DNA of 64,000 bases from Coleofasciculus chthonoplastes F2-STO-03 (GCA_040222015.1 JAVJWO010000085.1:1-64000); one strand, 5' to 3'; shown: positions 1 through 10,832, counted from the first letter of the stretch. Made by a program: numbers and translations. Notes: generated from the sequence alone by a model not told the origin.

Positions 1-230
1 CTTGTTTCATGGCTAAACTATACCACTACATGGGATAGAAAGAGAGAGATTGAAAATACTTCGGGGATTGACCCCTCGCATTTTCCGCTATCCCCCTACC
101 CCTTACTTCGTTGAAGGGGTAGCCCCTCGCGATTCGGGTGGTATTTCTGGCGTATTTCCCATAGGATGGCTATATCATTATCTAGAACAGTTTAACTTGA
201 AAGTCTTTGAGTTATAGACCAATAACCAAT

Positions 231-282
231 AAAAAAGAGAGCCACTCAAAGGACTCTCCCAATTATCAGGGTGCATCTATCT
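231..282 (-). ncRNA. Putative small RNA, possibly NsiR1-like
   Basis: Minus strand reads TGA-TATAGT (extended -10, 288-296), then ATAGATGCACCCTGATAATTGGGAGAGTCCTTTGAGTGGCTCTCTTTTTT ending in a hairpin plus U-tract. The 5' motif TAGATGCACCCTGATAA resembles NsiR1 as recalled from memory. Confidence 0.5.
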
Positions 283-511
283 ATCACACTATATCATTTT
301 TGGTATTAGGGGTGTCACCCCCCTTTCTAAAATTTTCCTTGAGGTTTAGGGGAGCTGGGGGAGCTGGGGGAGCAATGTAGAGACGTGCCATGGCACGTCT
401 GGAAGCTGGGGAAGCAAAGGACGAATGACAAAGGACGAATGACAAATATCCCCTTCCCCCCTAGAATTATACGAATCAGGAGTTCCCTAATTTTATAATC
501 ATCGAAGACCT

Positions 512-1477
512 ATGACTCATCGCCCTATTATCCTCGGTATTGTCGGTGATAGCGCTGCTGGCAAAACCACGCTGACACGAGGCATTGCTCAAATCTTGGG
601 TGAAGATGAAGTCACTGTCATCTGTACCGATGATTACCACCGCTATGATCGTCAGCAACGGGCGCAAAAAGCGATTTCAGCCCTCCATCCTGACTGTAAC
701 CATCTAGATATCATGCAGCAGCATCTGGGTTTGCTGCGAACTGGACAATCGATTCTCAAACCTATCTATAACCACAATACGGGTACCTTTGAACCTCCGG
801 AGTATATTCAACCCCACCGATTTGTGATTGTTGAAGGATTACTCGGCTATTCTACTCGTTTGGCGCGTGAGTGCTTTGATGTCAAGGTATTTTTAGCCCC
901 TCCAGAATCGCTGCGGAGTGAGTGGAAGGTTAAGCGAGATACCCGCAAGCGAGGGTATACGGATGAACAGGTACTCGAACAGTTGAGAAAACGGGAACCA
1001 GATTCGGAGGAATTTATCCGCCCCCAGCGTAAATGGTCAGATATTGTCGTCAGTTTCTATCCCCCTGACGAATTATCTGACGAACCAAGTGATTTAATGT
1101 TAAATGTGCGGTTAGTCCTGAGACCGACGATTCCCCATCCAGATTTTACTAGACTCCTGAGTCCCAGCAAATCCCATCTGAGTACAGCCATTCGCCTCGA
1201 ATTAGACCGAGATATGGGTAAACCTGTCGATGTTCTGGAAATTGATGGTCATGCGACGGAGGAACAGGTACGGGAATTAGAGCGGATTTTATGTAGCGAA
1301 ATTCCTTACTTGGGTAAATACTGCACATTAGAAGGTGATCCCAATATTGGTAAGGTGACGGGAACCACAGGGGAAACACTTCAGAGTTATCCCTTAGCGT
1401 TAACTCAATTGTTGATTACCTATCATATGCTGAAAGCGGCTCATATTTATCAATCCAGTGAACCTGCGTTAACCTGA
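512..1477 (+). CDS. prk: Phosphoribulokinase (PRK/uridine kinase family)
   Basis: GDSAAGKTT P-loop, DDYH, IVEGL and RDxxKRGY motifs; 321 aa. Confidence 0.85.
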   Translation: MTHRPIILGIVGDSAAGKTTLTRGIAQILGEDEVTVICTDDYHRYDRQQRAQKAISALHPDCNHLDIMQQHLGLLRTGQSILKPIYNHNTGTFEPPEYIQPHRFVIVEGLLGYSTRLARECFDVKVFLAPPESLRSEWKVKRDTRKRGYTDEQVLEQLRKREPDSEEFIRPQRKWSDIVVSFYPPDELSDEPSDLMLNVRLVLRPTIPHPDFTRLLSPSKSHLSTAIRLELDRDMGKPVDVLEIDGHATEEQVRELERILCSEIPYLGKYCTLEGDPNIGKVTGTTGETLQSYPLALTQLLITYHMLKAAHIYQSSEPALT

Positions 1478-1592
1478 AATTTCCCCCAGGCAAAAACTAA
1501 ACTTTCCCAAGGGAGACTAAACTAAAGAGAAGTCGCGATCGCTTGCGTGCGCGAAGCGCGTATCGCTCTTTGTCCCCTCGATGGGGTAAGGG

Positions 1593-1843
1593 TTTTGCGA
1601 GTCATTGGGGGTCTGGAATTTGGCTGAATGATCAAAGCGGCTGAATCCCTTATCCGATAAGGGTTTGCCCTGTTCCTGCTTTCATAAGCGTCTCGCAAAA
1701 TCTGGAATGCTTGCTGGGTAAGGCTTTGAGAGAATGTTGGATTGTTGTTTTTTGGTGGATATGCTGTATATTTGGATGTCAGAGGCGGTTGACTCGCAAG
1801 TCGTGGTTAGACTGTCCTCTGGGAGAGGGTTCTGAGGATCGGC
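1593..1843 (+). promoter_or_regulatory. CRISPR leader of array 1
   Basis: About 250 bp directly 5' of the first repeat, alignable along its length with 11262-11511. Confidence 0.8.
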
Positions 1844-2002
1844 GTTCCAATGACATTAGATCTCCAAAGGAGATTGAAACCAAATATATACTCTGTTGTT
1901 TCTTTCCATGTTGCCGGGTTCCAATGACATTAGATCTCCAAAGGAGATTGAAACTCTAATTCTGTCCCTTTGTCAACGTGCATATTTTGTTCCAAACATT
2001 AA
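1844..2002 (+). CRISPR. CRISPR array 1 (type I-D-like): 2 full repeats, a degenerate terminal repeat and 2 spacers
   Basis: GTTCCAATGACATTAGATCTCCAAAGGAGATTGAAAC (37 bp) at 1844-1880 and 1918-1954; partial GTTCCAAACATTA from 1989; spacers of 37 and 34 bp; ATCTCC/GGAGAT hairpin and ATTGAAAC end. Confidence 0.9.
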
Positions 2003-2030
2003 AGACTGAAGCTGAACAGTTTATCCTGAT

Positions 2031-2528
2031 TCAAATAAGATTATTTTTAATATCCGAAAGTTTGACCATGACCGTTAATGGATGAATTGGAGAAGGCATA
2101 AATCCGCAACATTCCACGTAAAAATTTTTCACCTTCTCGTTAAGGGCATGAATCAACATGGCTCTAATTCCTAATATCTCTGATGCTTGTAGGGTACGCT
2201 TGACGGCATCTTTGATCATTCCCATGCCAATTCCCTTTCGTTGATGATGAATATCAACAGCAAGTCTACCCAGGACTACAACTGGGATTGGATTAGGCAT
2301 ATTTCTTTTGATTTTACCTGGAGATTCAATATGGGTGACTTGACCGCTCGCCAGACAGTAATATCCCACGACTTTGTTTTCGCAGCAGACTACATAAGTG
2401 CGTGATGAGCCAAGAGTTTCGTTGTTAATAGCGCGTGTTTTTAACCATTGATTTAGGCTGGTTTCACCACAATCAAATGACTCGATATCATGGGTAGGTT
2501 GAATAGGCGCCGGTGGAGTATAGTTCAT
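2031..2528 (-). CDS. GNAT acetyltransferase toxin (TacT/AtaT-like)
   Basis: FDCGExxLNxWL, RNMPNPIPVVVLGRLAVD, QRKGIG acetyl-CoA motif, G.RA.L.HA; downstream of DUF1778 gene. Confidence 0.9.
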   Translation of the reverse strand: MNYTPPAPIQPTHDIESFDCGETSLNQWLKTRAINNETLGSSRTYVVCCENKVVGYYCLASGQVTHIESPGKIKRNMPNPIPVVVLGRLAVDIHHQRKGIGMGMIKDAVKRTLQASEILGIRAMLIHALNEKVKNFYVECCGFMPSPIHPLTVMVKLSDIKNNLI

Positions 2529-2552
2529 GAGGGAATTACCGCCGGATCATGA

Positions 2553-2843
2553 TTATTCCCAAGGGGATTTTACCTGAAGCAATTGATGTAACTTTTCGTT
2601 TTTCTCAGGTGGCAGATCAAGAGCCTGATTAAACGCTTCCCACTGTTCATCATTCAGGCGGAATAATCTCCAATCGAGTAATGCTTCTTCTGCGGCTCGA
2701 TAGGCAGAATCTAACATGAAAGCACTCCGAGACTTGCCACAAACAGACGCCGCTGCGTCTATGAGGTTTAGTTGATTGGGTTCAATTCTGATATTGATCA
2801 CAAGGGAACGCTTGGCTTTGTCGGATTGATTCACTGACGCCAT
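2553..2843 (-). CDS. DUF1778 ribbon-helix-helix antitoxin (TacA/AtaR-like)
   Basis: INIRI..Q..LID.AA...GKSRSAFML.SA...AEEALLD...F.L....W.AF..ALD.PP..N.KL..LL....PWE. Confidence 0.9.
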   Translation of the reverse strand: MASVNQSDKAKRSLVINIRIEPNQLNLIDAAASVCGKSRSAFMLDSAYRAAEEALLDWRLFRLNDEQWEAFNQALDLPPEKNEKLHQLLQVKSPWE

Positions 2844-2881
2844 GGTTACTTTCTACATTGTGGAGTTAATTATGTGTGTAC

Positions 2882-2910
2882 ATTGTATATACAAAAAGAA
2901 CGAGAGTCAA
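2882..2910 (-). promoter_or_regulatory. Sigma70-type promoter of the TA operon
   Basis: Minus strand TTGACT-N17-TACAAT, overlapped by the palindrome TGTATATACA (possible RHH operator). Confidence 0.6.
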
Positions 2911-2946
2911 TCCAGAAAACCAGAAAACAAACTGAAAGTTGTTCTG

Positions 2947-3078
2947 ATACCAAGTTGCAGTCTAAGGTAGAATCTGTCATGCTGAGTGGAGTCCGGAGCG
3001 AAGCGGAGGAACGAAACGAAGCATCTGTCCAGATTCTTCGCTTCGCTCAGAATGACATGATAGAACGCAACTTGGTAT
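2947..3078. mobile_element. MITE-like element containing a palindromic REP
   Basis: Terminal inverted repeats ATACCAAGTTGC/GCAACTTGGTAT; internal GTCATGCTGAG...CTCAGAATGAC palindrome. Confidence 0.65.
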
Positions 3079-3233
3079 GAGGGTCAATCCCTTGTCAGGT
3101 AAGCTTTTTTCTTCACTATTCCCCATTCCCTATTCCCTATTCACGCTTCGCGTAGCGCTATACCTGTAGTCAAATACACTACAGCCCCATTGATTTAATC
3201 AAGGAGTAGACTGTTACTACCGCATCTTGACCG

Positions 3234-5281
3234 ATGACAGACTTCTCATCAATTCTCCAAGACTTCGTTACCGCCATTGTGCCGAAGCTGCGAACCGGGT
3301 TGCAATTCCATCGCACTCTCGCCAAAGGAGGAACTAAACCCGATGGTACGCCATTCATCAATCAGCGCACCGGGGAACCTTATCTGATTACCACCCAGTT
3401 AACCCATGTCTTAGTCGGGTTGAGTGCGTTATTACCACAAAATTACTGATTACCACAAAATTACTGATTATCGCGGCTTGACAACAAATCTTTACCATCA
3501 GGCGATCGCCCAAACCTTACAAACTCAATATAATCTCTATCCGCTCTTATTTTTTGCCAATGGAACCCTCTATTTGAGTGAAGGTAAACTTCAGGACTTT
3601 AATCGAGATGAGTTTATCAATTCTGTTGTTCAATCCTTTAACAATTCCTTGCAACAGTTAGGCGAAAAACCGGGAAATCAACCGGAGTATAATCGCAAAA
3701 CCCAGCGATTTGAGAACTATGTTTTTACCTTTTGGACAGTCGCCCAGCTACTAGACTTTCTTAAAGCCAATTCTCAGGGAAAAGTTAAACCGGGTTGGTT
3801 TCAGGAGTACCTGCAAAAACGGTTTAATTCCTACTTTAAAGACGCCTTTGGGGATCAAGAGAAATTTCAGGAACTCTTTCACATTGAACCAACGCGCGAT
3901 CGCGACCCGAATTTTGCTGAAAAATGGGCAGCAGTTAACCGTTATTTAGGCGGTATACTTAACCTATTACGGGATGTTTATTTATCCCCGGACGAAGATT
4001 GGGTAAAGGTGATTCCTTGGCTGTGTCAGCCGTTACACCTTTCTCCCTCTTTACAAACCAGTTTAACCGAATCTGCCTCTATTTTCAATCGGGCGGGAAC
4101 ACCGTAATTTAGCCAGATTATGGCATATCATTACCTAGAACAATTTAACCTGAATGGAGATTCAGTTTTAGTTACGCCCGTGGAGATAATTCTGGATACC
4201 CTCAACCAACAATTATCCCCTTCGATTATTACCCTAGATAGTCCCACCAAGCGGTTAAATTATGTGGAAGATGAATTAGCATTACAGGAGGATATACTTA
4301 AGTTTATTCAACAATCCTTAATTCTATCATGGTCTATAGACTCAGACAAGTTAATTGATGATCCCTTACCCATCGTCACCGCCAAGAAAAAGACAGGTTC
4401 ACCTAAAGGGATTTGTAGCCTGTGTAATCGAGTTATACCCAAAGGAATGAAAGCCGCAACGATTAAAAAAGATATTTTAGAGGATTCCCTCAAAGAATTT
4501 TCCAATCGATTAACCCCCAAACGGAATGTTACCTCTCGACTCTGGTGTCCCCAATGTTATTTAGAATGGACAGTCAGAAAACTCGCTGGATTAGGGTATG
4601 CGCCAGGGGCGGATACTAATAAGTCAGAACGCCTCTATTTTTTCATTCTTCCCAATCCCTTATTAACCCCAGAACTATTAGACGTACTGCGAGATAGACT
4701 ACAACTTCTCCAACGGGGAACTACAGTGAAAATTCGGCAGTATGGCAAAGGAACGCCAAGTATTCCCAAAGTCTGGTTAACTGAACACAATTTAACCAAT
4801 ACAGGACAAGGAAAAGACTGGTTAGACACGACAGTAGAGGTGTTAACAGAAGAAGCCACACGCCAGACACAACTCGCACAGAAACATGGGAAACGGAATG
4901 CAGGCGATCGGATTATTAGTTTTGGTATATTTGATGATGAGGATGGGGATAATCTGGATTTAGATACCGAGGATGACACCAATAATTCAGCCAAACTCCC
5001 CAATTAAACGATTAGAGCGACTCGATACCGGAATTTCCTTCCCCTTTGTATTTAAAGATGAGGACAAAAATAAACGGGCGCGTCAGTTTGCCCAAACCAT
5101 TGTCGTGGACTTATTTGAACAACGGTGTCACCGCAGTTTTTCCCGTTTGAGTCGCTATGAAAATGACTTAGCCAATGGCATATTTTTCTATGTGAGTGAG
5201 CAACTCTCGGCAAAGTGGGCGCAATGGAATCAACAGAAACAACAACGGAAGGTTAAATCAGATGTAGGGGCGACCCGCTGA
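3234..5281 (+). pseudogene. cas10d: cas10d (csc3) type I-D large subunit, disrupted
   Basis: Fragments contain YHKITDYRGLTTN, PLLFFANGTLYL, CSLC and CPQC. Frameshift/deletion at about 3430 with an 18-bp tandem duplication ATTACCACAAAATTACTG; in-frame TAA at 4105-4107; second frameshift/deletion near 5003 before a Cas11d-like C-terminus. No HD motif retained. Confidence 0.8.
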
Positions 5282-5462
5282 ATTCAATGAACAATGGAAA
5301 CTATTCAATAAACTCGGGTCGCCCGGAAAATGGGGCAATCCTTAATAATGTTTCGACTGAACAAAATAAAGGATAGCAACCTATATAAATCAAGGGCGCA
5401 AGGATAGTGCCTCTACCACTCCGACATAACATCAAATTATTCATTTGTGAGGACAATTACCC

Positions 5463-6464
5463 ATGACTGTAACCAGCTTAGACAAGTATTCCCGCTATTT
5501 TCATCAATCCATCCCCAACTTCCGCCAAAACAAATACATCCAGATATTAGTTCTGAAAGAAACCAAATCCTACGCCATCTTCACCACCGAAGGCGACGCC
5601 CTAGATACTGAACAATTACAGGCTGGTTATCTGGGTGAAAATGCCAAAACTACCGTTGACCGCGTGGTTATGTTTAAACGTAAACAAATTGCCCCATAAC
5701 GGCGTACTGGCAAAGCCCTATTACGACAATTTGACTTAGTCGGTGATAGCGAGGAATCTAAACAGCCCAAACCCTGTTATTTAATGGAAGGAATCTGTGG
5801 CGAATGTCCCGATTGTGTCCTCTATGGATTCGCCGCCGTTCAAGGCGAAGGTTCCCAAAAATCACGCCTCCTCACCGATTCAGCCTTTACGTTAAGAGGG
5901 TATCCTCAACTCCAGAAATAGATTAAACTCAATGCGATTCAAGATAAAACCCAAGGCGGTGTTGCGGGTTCAGCCTTTGCGGAACGGGATACCTTAATTC
6001 CCCAGGTATTTCTCCCTTGTGTAGAAACCTTAGTTGATGTAACAACGGATGAATTGGTGTATGTTTTAGGCAATATTCTCCAGACAACCCGTTATGGGGC
6101 AGAAGCCAATCGGGAGGGGTATATTCGCAATCATATTCTGGGCATCAGTTTGGGGAATGTGGAAAAGTTATCTAATTTAGACTTAACCCAGCGACTGTAT
6201 GATAAGTTAGCGCCTCAAGGACAGATTACCGATTCCCTAAATCTGTCTGATTTTATCACTTCCCAGGGAACAGAAGGGGCAATTCTGGATGTCTTTGCCG
6301 AGGTTTTGGCAGAGATACCTGGACATAGTGTTGCCATGTCAGGGGCGGAACTTAAGAGTTTGCTGAATCAGGTGTATTCGATTTATAATCAACTAGATTC
6401 CTGTCAAGACTTCTTCACCCGTTTAGATACAGCGGTGAGAACATACTCAGGAGGGCGGAGTTAG
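5463..6464 (+). pseudogene. csc2: csc2/cas7 type I-D backbone subunit with two nonsense codons
   Basis: A single frame reads MFKRKQIAP*RRTGK...CGECPDCVLYGFA...SQKSRLLTDSAF...QK*IKLNA...GNILQTTRYGA; stops are TAA 5697-5699 and TAG 5919-5921. Confidence 0.9.
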
Positions 6465-7241
6465 GTGGAAGTCTATCGCTATCGCCTCCAATTTGAGGAT
6501 TATGTCTTCTACGCGACAACGGAACGGGGTAAAGTCTTTGAGACGGGCTGGTTTATCCATAATTATGCCTTGACGTATGCTTTGGGATTAGCGGTTTCAG
6601 ATTATCGCCAATCGTCGCAAAAACCCCTGTATCGGGAACAATTATCTCCCGTGAATCAAGCGGGACTTTATTTCACACCCGCCACAGTATTACCCGTTAC
6701 CCGATATCGGATTACCCAGTTTAATACGATAGGGGAAACCTTTGGTTTAGGGCGAGAAAAGTCATCAGGTTATCCTACTTGGGGATATGCCAAACTCTTT
6801 CGCCCCCGGCGTCAGGGAGGAGTTATCGATAATCAGGGAAGGGCAATTTCCCCGGATAATGCGACAGGCTATTTAATTTGTCGAGATAGTTTAAGTCAGG
6901 GGGTAAACTATTTGGGGGATACCTATAAAAATGAGCAACTGAATCTCTTTCCCACCCAGTATCTGCGACTGGGGAAATTCACCGCCAAAGTCAAAATGAG
7001 CCTCACCTTAGCCCAATCCGTAACCATCGTACAGCAAGCGCGATCGCTCACTGGACTTTTGAACTGGGCGGATTTACCCAGCAAACCCCAACGCTTTGAT
7101 TTAATCGCCTCCGCGTTACCCACACGACTAATAGAAGCGGCGCATTTTACCCCGGCTTGTGCATTAATCCAAGCCGAGTTTAGTCAGGAACCCACCCGCG
7201 TGTATTTACCAACCGATATGGCGTATTTAGGGGAATCGTAG
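6465..7241 (+). CDS. csc1: csc1/cas5 type I-D subunit
   Basis: VFYATTERGK.FET..FIHNYAL.YALGL and YLRLGKF.AK motifs; ORF open. Confidence 0.85.
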   Translation: MEVYRYRLQFEDYVFYATTERGKVFETGWFIHNYALTYALGLAVSDYRQSSQKPLYREQLSPVNQAGLYFTPATVLPVTRYRITQFNTIGETFGLGREKSSGYPTWGYAKLFRPRRQGGVIDNQGRAISPDNATGYLICRDSLSQGVNYLGDTYKNEQLNLFPTQYLRLGKFTAKVKMSLTLAQSVTIVQQARSLTGLLNWADLPSKPQRFDLIASALPTRLIEAAHFTPACALIQAEFSQEPTRVYLPTDMAYLGES

Positions 7242-7268
7242 GGGCGCCGCCCTTTACCGATAGCCTTA

Positions 7269-7756
7269 GGGCGGGTTTAATTCCATCCGGGTGCAACCGA
7301 AAGGATAATCGTAAAACCCGCCCCTACATAATACCTCTATTGAACCTTTCACCGATAATCTCGATACCTGAATCCGGGCGGGTTTAATTACATCTAGGTG
7401 CAACCGAAACGATAATAGTGAAACCCGCCCCTACAGAATACCTCTATTGAACCTTTACGGGATAATCTCGATACCTGTATCAGGGCGGGTTTAATCACAT
7501 TTGGATACAACCAAAACGATAATAGTAAAACCCGCCCCTACAGAATACCTCTATTGAACCTTTACGGGATAATATCGATACCTGTATCAGGGCGGGTTTA
7601 ATTACATCTAGGTGCAACCAAAACGATAATAGTGAAACCCGCCCCTACAGAATACCTCTATTGAACCTTTACGGGATAATATCGATACCTGAATCCGGGC
7701 GGGTTTAATCACATCTAGGTGCAACCGAAACGATAATAGTAAAACCCGCCCCTACA
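7269..7756. repeat. Tandem array of five REP-doublet (REPIN-like) units, 107-bp period
   Basis: GGGCGGGTTTAA...AAACCCGCCCCTACA units start at 7269, 7376, 7483, 7590 and 7697 with near-identical linkers. Confidence 0.9.
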
Positions 7757-7778
7757 CAATATATTCCTACCCTCCTCT

Positions 7779-8726
7779 ATGCTAGAACTTAACCTCTCTC
7801 CTATCTATTACCGCACCGGATTAAACTCACCGGTTCCCTTTCCCGGATTACCCGCCAACGCCTCTGCTTACGCCCATCAACTACAAACCTACTGCGCCGT
7901 TACCCGCACCCGAAATTACGCCCAAGTTTCAACCTGGTGTCAAACCTGTGAACTCGCCCAAACCTGTCCCGTCGCCAAACTCGCACCCCTCCCCCAACAT
8001 GGCACCCTTTGTATCACGAACTCCGCCGTAACTGGGGGTGGAATTCTGGGGTTTCGCGATGGGGGCGGTGTCGTCGAAGCCAATATCTATCGCGCCATTG
8101 GCGGAAAACGGGATAATGGTAAGTCCTTAGATGAGGATTTTTCTCCCGTATTGAATCTGGAGATTCCCTATTTCGATTATCCCAAATCCCAACAAGCCCA
8201 GACATTTCCGTTTCACCGTTACAGCTTGACCTATTTATTACGTCGCACAAACTGCCGCTTTATCACTCAGGATAAGTTTTCTCACTATTTACAGCAGTAT
8301 GAGGATTATCCCGAAGCCCAAACCTATTCCAAGCAACTAGCACAGGCAAACCCGATGATATATGGGATTGTCTTCGGGGATTTACCTCAGCCGCGTCGGT
8401 GGCATTTCTATTCAAATTCGGGTCAATATCGCTGGGTTAAGGGTGGGATGAAACAGAAAAGGGATTATCCGATTCTCGACAAGGTGAGACGGATTAGCGG
8501 ATTATCGGTAGAACTCGAAAAAACTGAGGCGGCGCTAGACATCGAGAGTTTGAATCAAGCCCTAGAAAAACGAGACGCGATCGCGTATATTGGAAAAGGC
8601 AATGGGTTTCGCTACGCCATCGAGACCCATCTCCCCCCCCTATTTGAACTTTGTCCATTCCGCTGGGGAGCACCTGAGGCGCAGTATTATCTCGCCTTTG
8701 ACTTAAACGCCTTTTTTTCTCAGTAG
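7779..8726 (+). pseudogene. cas3: cas3' (type I-D helicase) with a large in-frame internal deletion
   Basis: N-terminal Q-motif (YAHQLQT) and the start of Walker A (TGGG) join directly to a C-terminal ILGFRDG...YSL..LLR segment; no KT or DExH; 315 aa, far shorter than a helicase. Confidence 0.7.
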
Positions 8727-8877
8727 CCTAAATGCCGTTAACTCCCCTTGTATTATTTAAGGAAATAGGGAAGATAGGAACCAACCCTTCGACTTCGCTC
8801 AGGGTTAACCCCCAAAAAACCTCTGCGCCCCTCTGCGCTTTCCCTCTGCGTTCCTCTGCGTTAAAAAAACATAACTC

Positions 8878-9333
8878 TCACCCCTCCACCCCAAAATAAA
8901 TCGCCACCATTTCCTGAGCAATCTCACCAAACTCCTTTACCAACCAACCCGGTTCAACAACTTCCACAAACGGGAGATATCCCAACAGACGCCGTTTAGC
9001 CCAAAAACAATTCGTCGTCTGGGCGCGAATCAACACAGCATCCGGATAGCGATCGCACGGATTCGGAATCGGCTCATCTTCCTGGTAAAATCGTTTAGAG
9101 TAGCCTTTAGCAATTCGCCCCCAAACCCGAAACGAAATCGGATAGGTACGAGGCGGTTTGGGGACAAACTTAAACGGCAATACCTGCACATCCCCAACAA
9201 TAAGGTCAATCCGAAACGACTGTTCATAAGTTTTCCCCAGCTTATACCCAATTAAATATAATCGCCCATCTTTCCAATCCAACCCCATCGGTTCAATTTG
9301 ATGATGCAGGGGTTTTTCCCGTTCCCGCGCCAG
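8878..9333 (-). pseudogene. WYL-domain regulator, 5'-truncated
   Basis: ...HQIEPMGLDWKDGRLYLIG....SFRIDLI (WYL) plus a WCX-like tail (RRLLGY..FVEVVEP.WL); the frame is closed upstream at about 9334. Confidence 0.7.
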
Positions 9334-9541
9334 TCATCAACGAATTGCCGTGGAACTGACCCCCCAATTACGTCAACAAACTGAACAGACAATTGCCGCT
9401 GTGCGAGAGATGCTGATAACTGGAAATTGTCCGCCAAATCTTTATAAACCCCAATGTCGAGGATGTAGTTTATCTGAAGTCTGTTTACCGAAAGAAACGG
9501 AGAAAGCAAAGCGACGTTTACAAAATACTGTTGATTGTTAA
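9332..9541 (+). pseudogene. cas4: cas4 C-terminal fragment
   Basis: SHQRIAVELTPQLR...CRGCSLSEVCLP (three C-terminal Fe-S cysteines); the N-terminal RecB motifs are absent. Confidence 0.85.
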
Positions 9542-9557
9542 GGATTCCTAGCCCGGT

Positions 9558-9684
9558 TAATCTGTTATGCATTTAAATTGGGTATTAGTAGCGAGCAAGA
9601 TGCAAAGCCTGCGGCATGGCTTCGCTTAACGCACACCAATGATTTCGCAATCATTGACTTAAGGTTTAAATGCCGAACAGCTTA
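9558..9684. mobile_element. MITE-like element; related inverted copy at about 24754-24850
   Basis: Imperfect TIRs TAATCTGTTATGCATTTAAA / TTTAAATGCCGAACAGCTTA; the core AATTGGGTATTAGTAGCGAGC recurs inverted at 24.8 kb. Confidence 0.6.
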
Positions 9685-9717
9685 ATAAAATGACCAATAA
9701 CCAATGAAGGACAAATT

Positions 9718-10722
9718 ATGTCAATTTTATTTCTGGTTGAACAAAATACCCTAGTCCGCCAAGTAGATGAACGCTTAGAAGTATTTAAGCATAAACAGCG
9801 CTTAATGGATATCCCCTTATGCAAATTAGAAGCCGTCGTAGTTTATGGTCAAGTCATTCTCACCACGCCAACTTTGCGGATATTAAATCAGCGGTCTATC
9901 CCCATCAGTTACCTATCTGAAAATGGGCGAACTATCGGTACATTGCTACCGGAACCCAATCCCAATGCCTTGTTGCGATCGCGCCAATATAAAGCTAGTT
10001 TTAATCCCGATCAAACTCTGGCGATTGCCCGACAATTTGTTCAGGGTAAATTGTTTAATCAACATACAATTTTAGCACGATTTTCTCGCCAAGACAAGCG
10101 GTCAAAAACTATAGAAGCGGCGTTAAAATCCTTAAAATGTTGTCAAAAGCAGGTCGGAACGGCGGATTCCTTAAATTCAATTCGCGGTTATGAAGGACAG
10201 GGAGCAGCCTCTTATTTTGGTGTTTTAGGCGAACTGTTGGCACAGACACCGTGGGATTTTTCTAAGCGAACTCGTCAACCGCCCACTGATCCGGTCAATG
10301 CGATGTTGGGGTTTGGCTATGCCTTACTCTATGGCGATTGTCGGGCGGCGCTGCATACTGTGGGACTTGATCCGTATCAGGGATTTCTCCATAGTGAACG
10401 CTATGGGCGAGCCAATTTAGCCTTGGATTTAATGGAGGAGTTTCGCGCTATTTTTGTGGATGGGTTGGTGTTAACGCTGCTGCGAAATGAATCCTTGAAG
10501 CCAGACTTATTTGTTGAGCATCCCGGCGGGGCAGTATTATTAGGGGATGAGATGAAAAAGCGGTTGATTAAGGCTTACGAAGAACGCAAGTTAACCAAGT
10601 TCAAGCATCCGGTGTTTGAGATGAAAGTGGATTATCGCCGAGCGTTGATTTTACAGGCGCGGTTATTAGCAAAACATCTGATGGGTGAATTGGAGGCGTA
10701 TTTACCTTTAAAGATTCGGTGA
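9718..10722 (+). CDS. cas1: CRISPR-associated endonuclease Cas1
   Basis: RGYEGQGAASYF, R.RQPPTDPVNAML.FGY, GLDPY.GFLH and LALDLMEEFR motifs; intact 334 aa. Confidence 0.97.
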   Translation: MSILFLVEQNTLVRQVDERLEVFKHKQRLMDIPLCKLEAVVVYGQVILTTPTLRILNQRSIPISYLSENGRTIGTLLPEPNPNALLRSRQYKASFNPDQTLAIARQFVQGKLFNQHTILARFSRQDKRSKTIEAALKSLKCCQKQVGTADSLNSIRGYEGQGAASYFGVLGELLAQTPWDFSKRTRQPPTDPVNAMLGFGYALLYGDCRAALHTVGLDPYQGFLHSERYGRANLALDLMEEFRAIFVDGLVLTLLRNESLKPDLFVEHPGGAVLLGDEMKKRLIKAYEERKLTKFKHPVFEMKVDYRRALILQARLLAKHLMGELEAYLPLKIR

Positions 10723-10832
10723 TTTTATCCCTAGGGGGAAATGTACAGCCGTGTGGGTTTACCCCCCTTTGTGTAGAGACGTTGCATGCAACGTCTCTAC
10801 AACCCTTTGCCTGTTCCCTAATGATTTTAATC

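Noticed and set aside
1711..1959. 82-aa ORF and its look-alike at 11379-11630
   Set aside because: They are translations of the duplicated CRISPR leaders and repeats
5697..5921. Stop-codon readthrough or alternative genetic code in csc2
   Set aside because: Both TAA and TAG occur and are used as normal stops throughout the window
7269..7756. Third CRISPR array
   Set aside because: The intervening sequences are near-identical and the unit matches dispersed REP doublets
3234..8726. Nuclease-dead I-D Cascade as a CRISPR-associated transposon or regulator
   Set aside because: No tnsABC/tniQ in the window, and csc2 and cas10d carry stops, so decay is the simpler reading
10719..10832. N-terminal extension of cas2
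   Set aside because: It is translated from a REP palindrome (GTAGAGACGTTGCATGCAACGTCTCTAC); homology starts at ATG 10833
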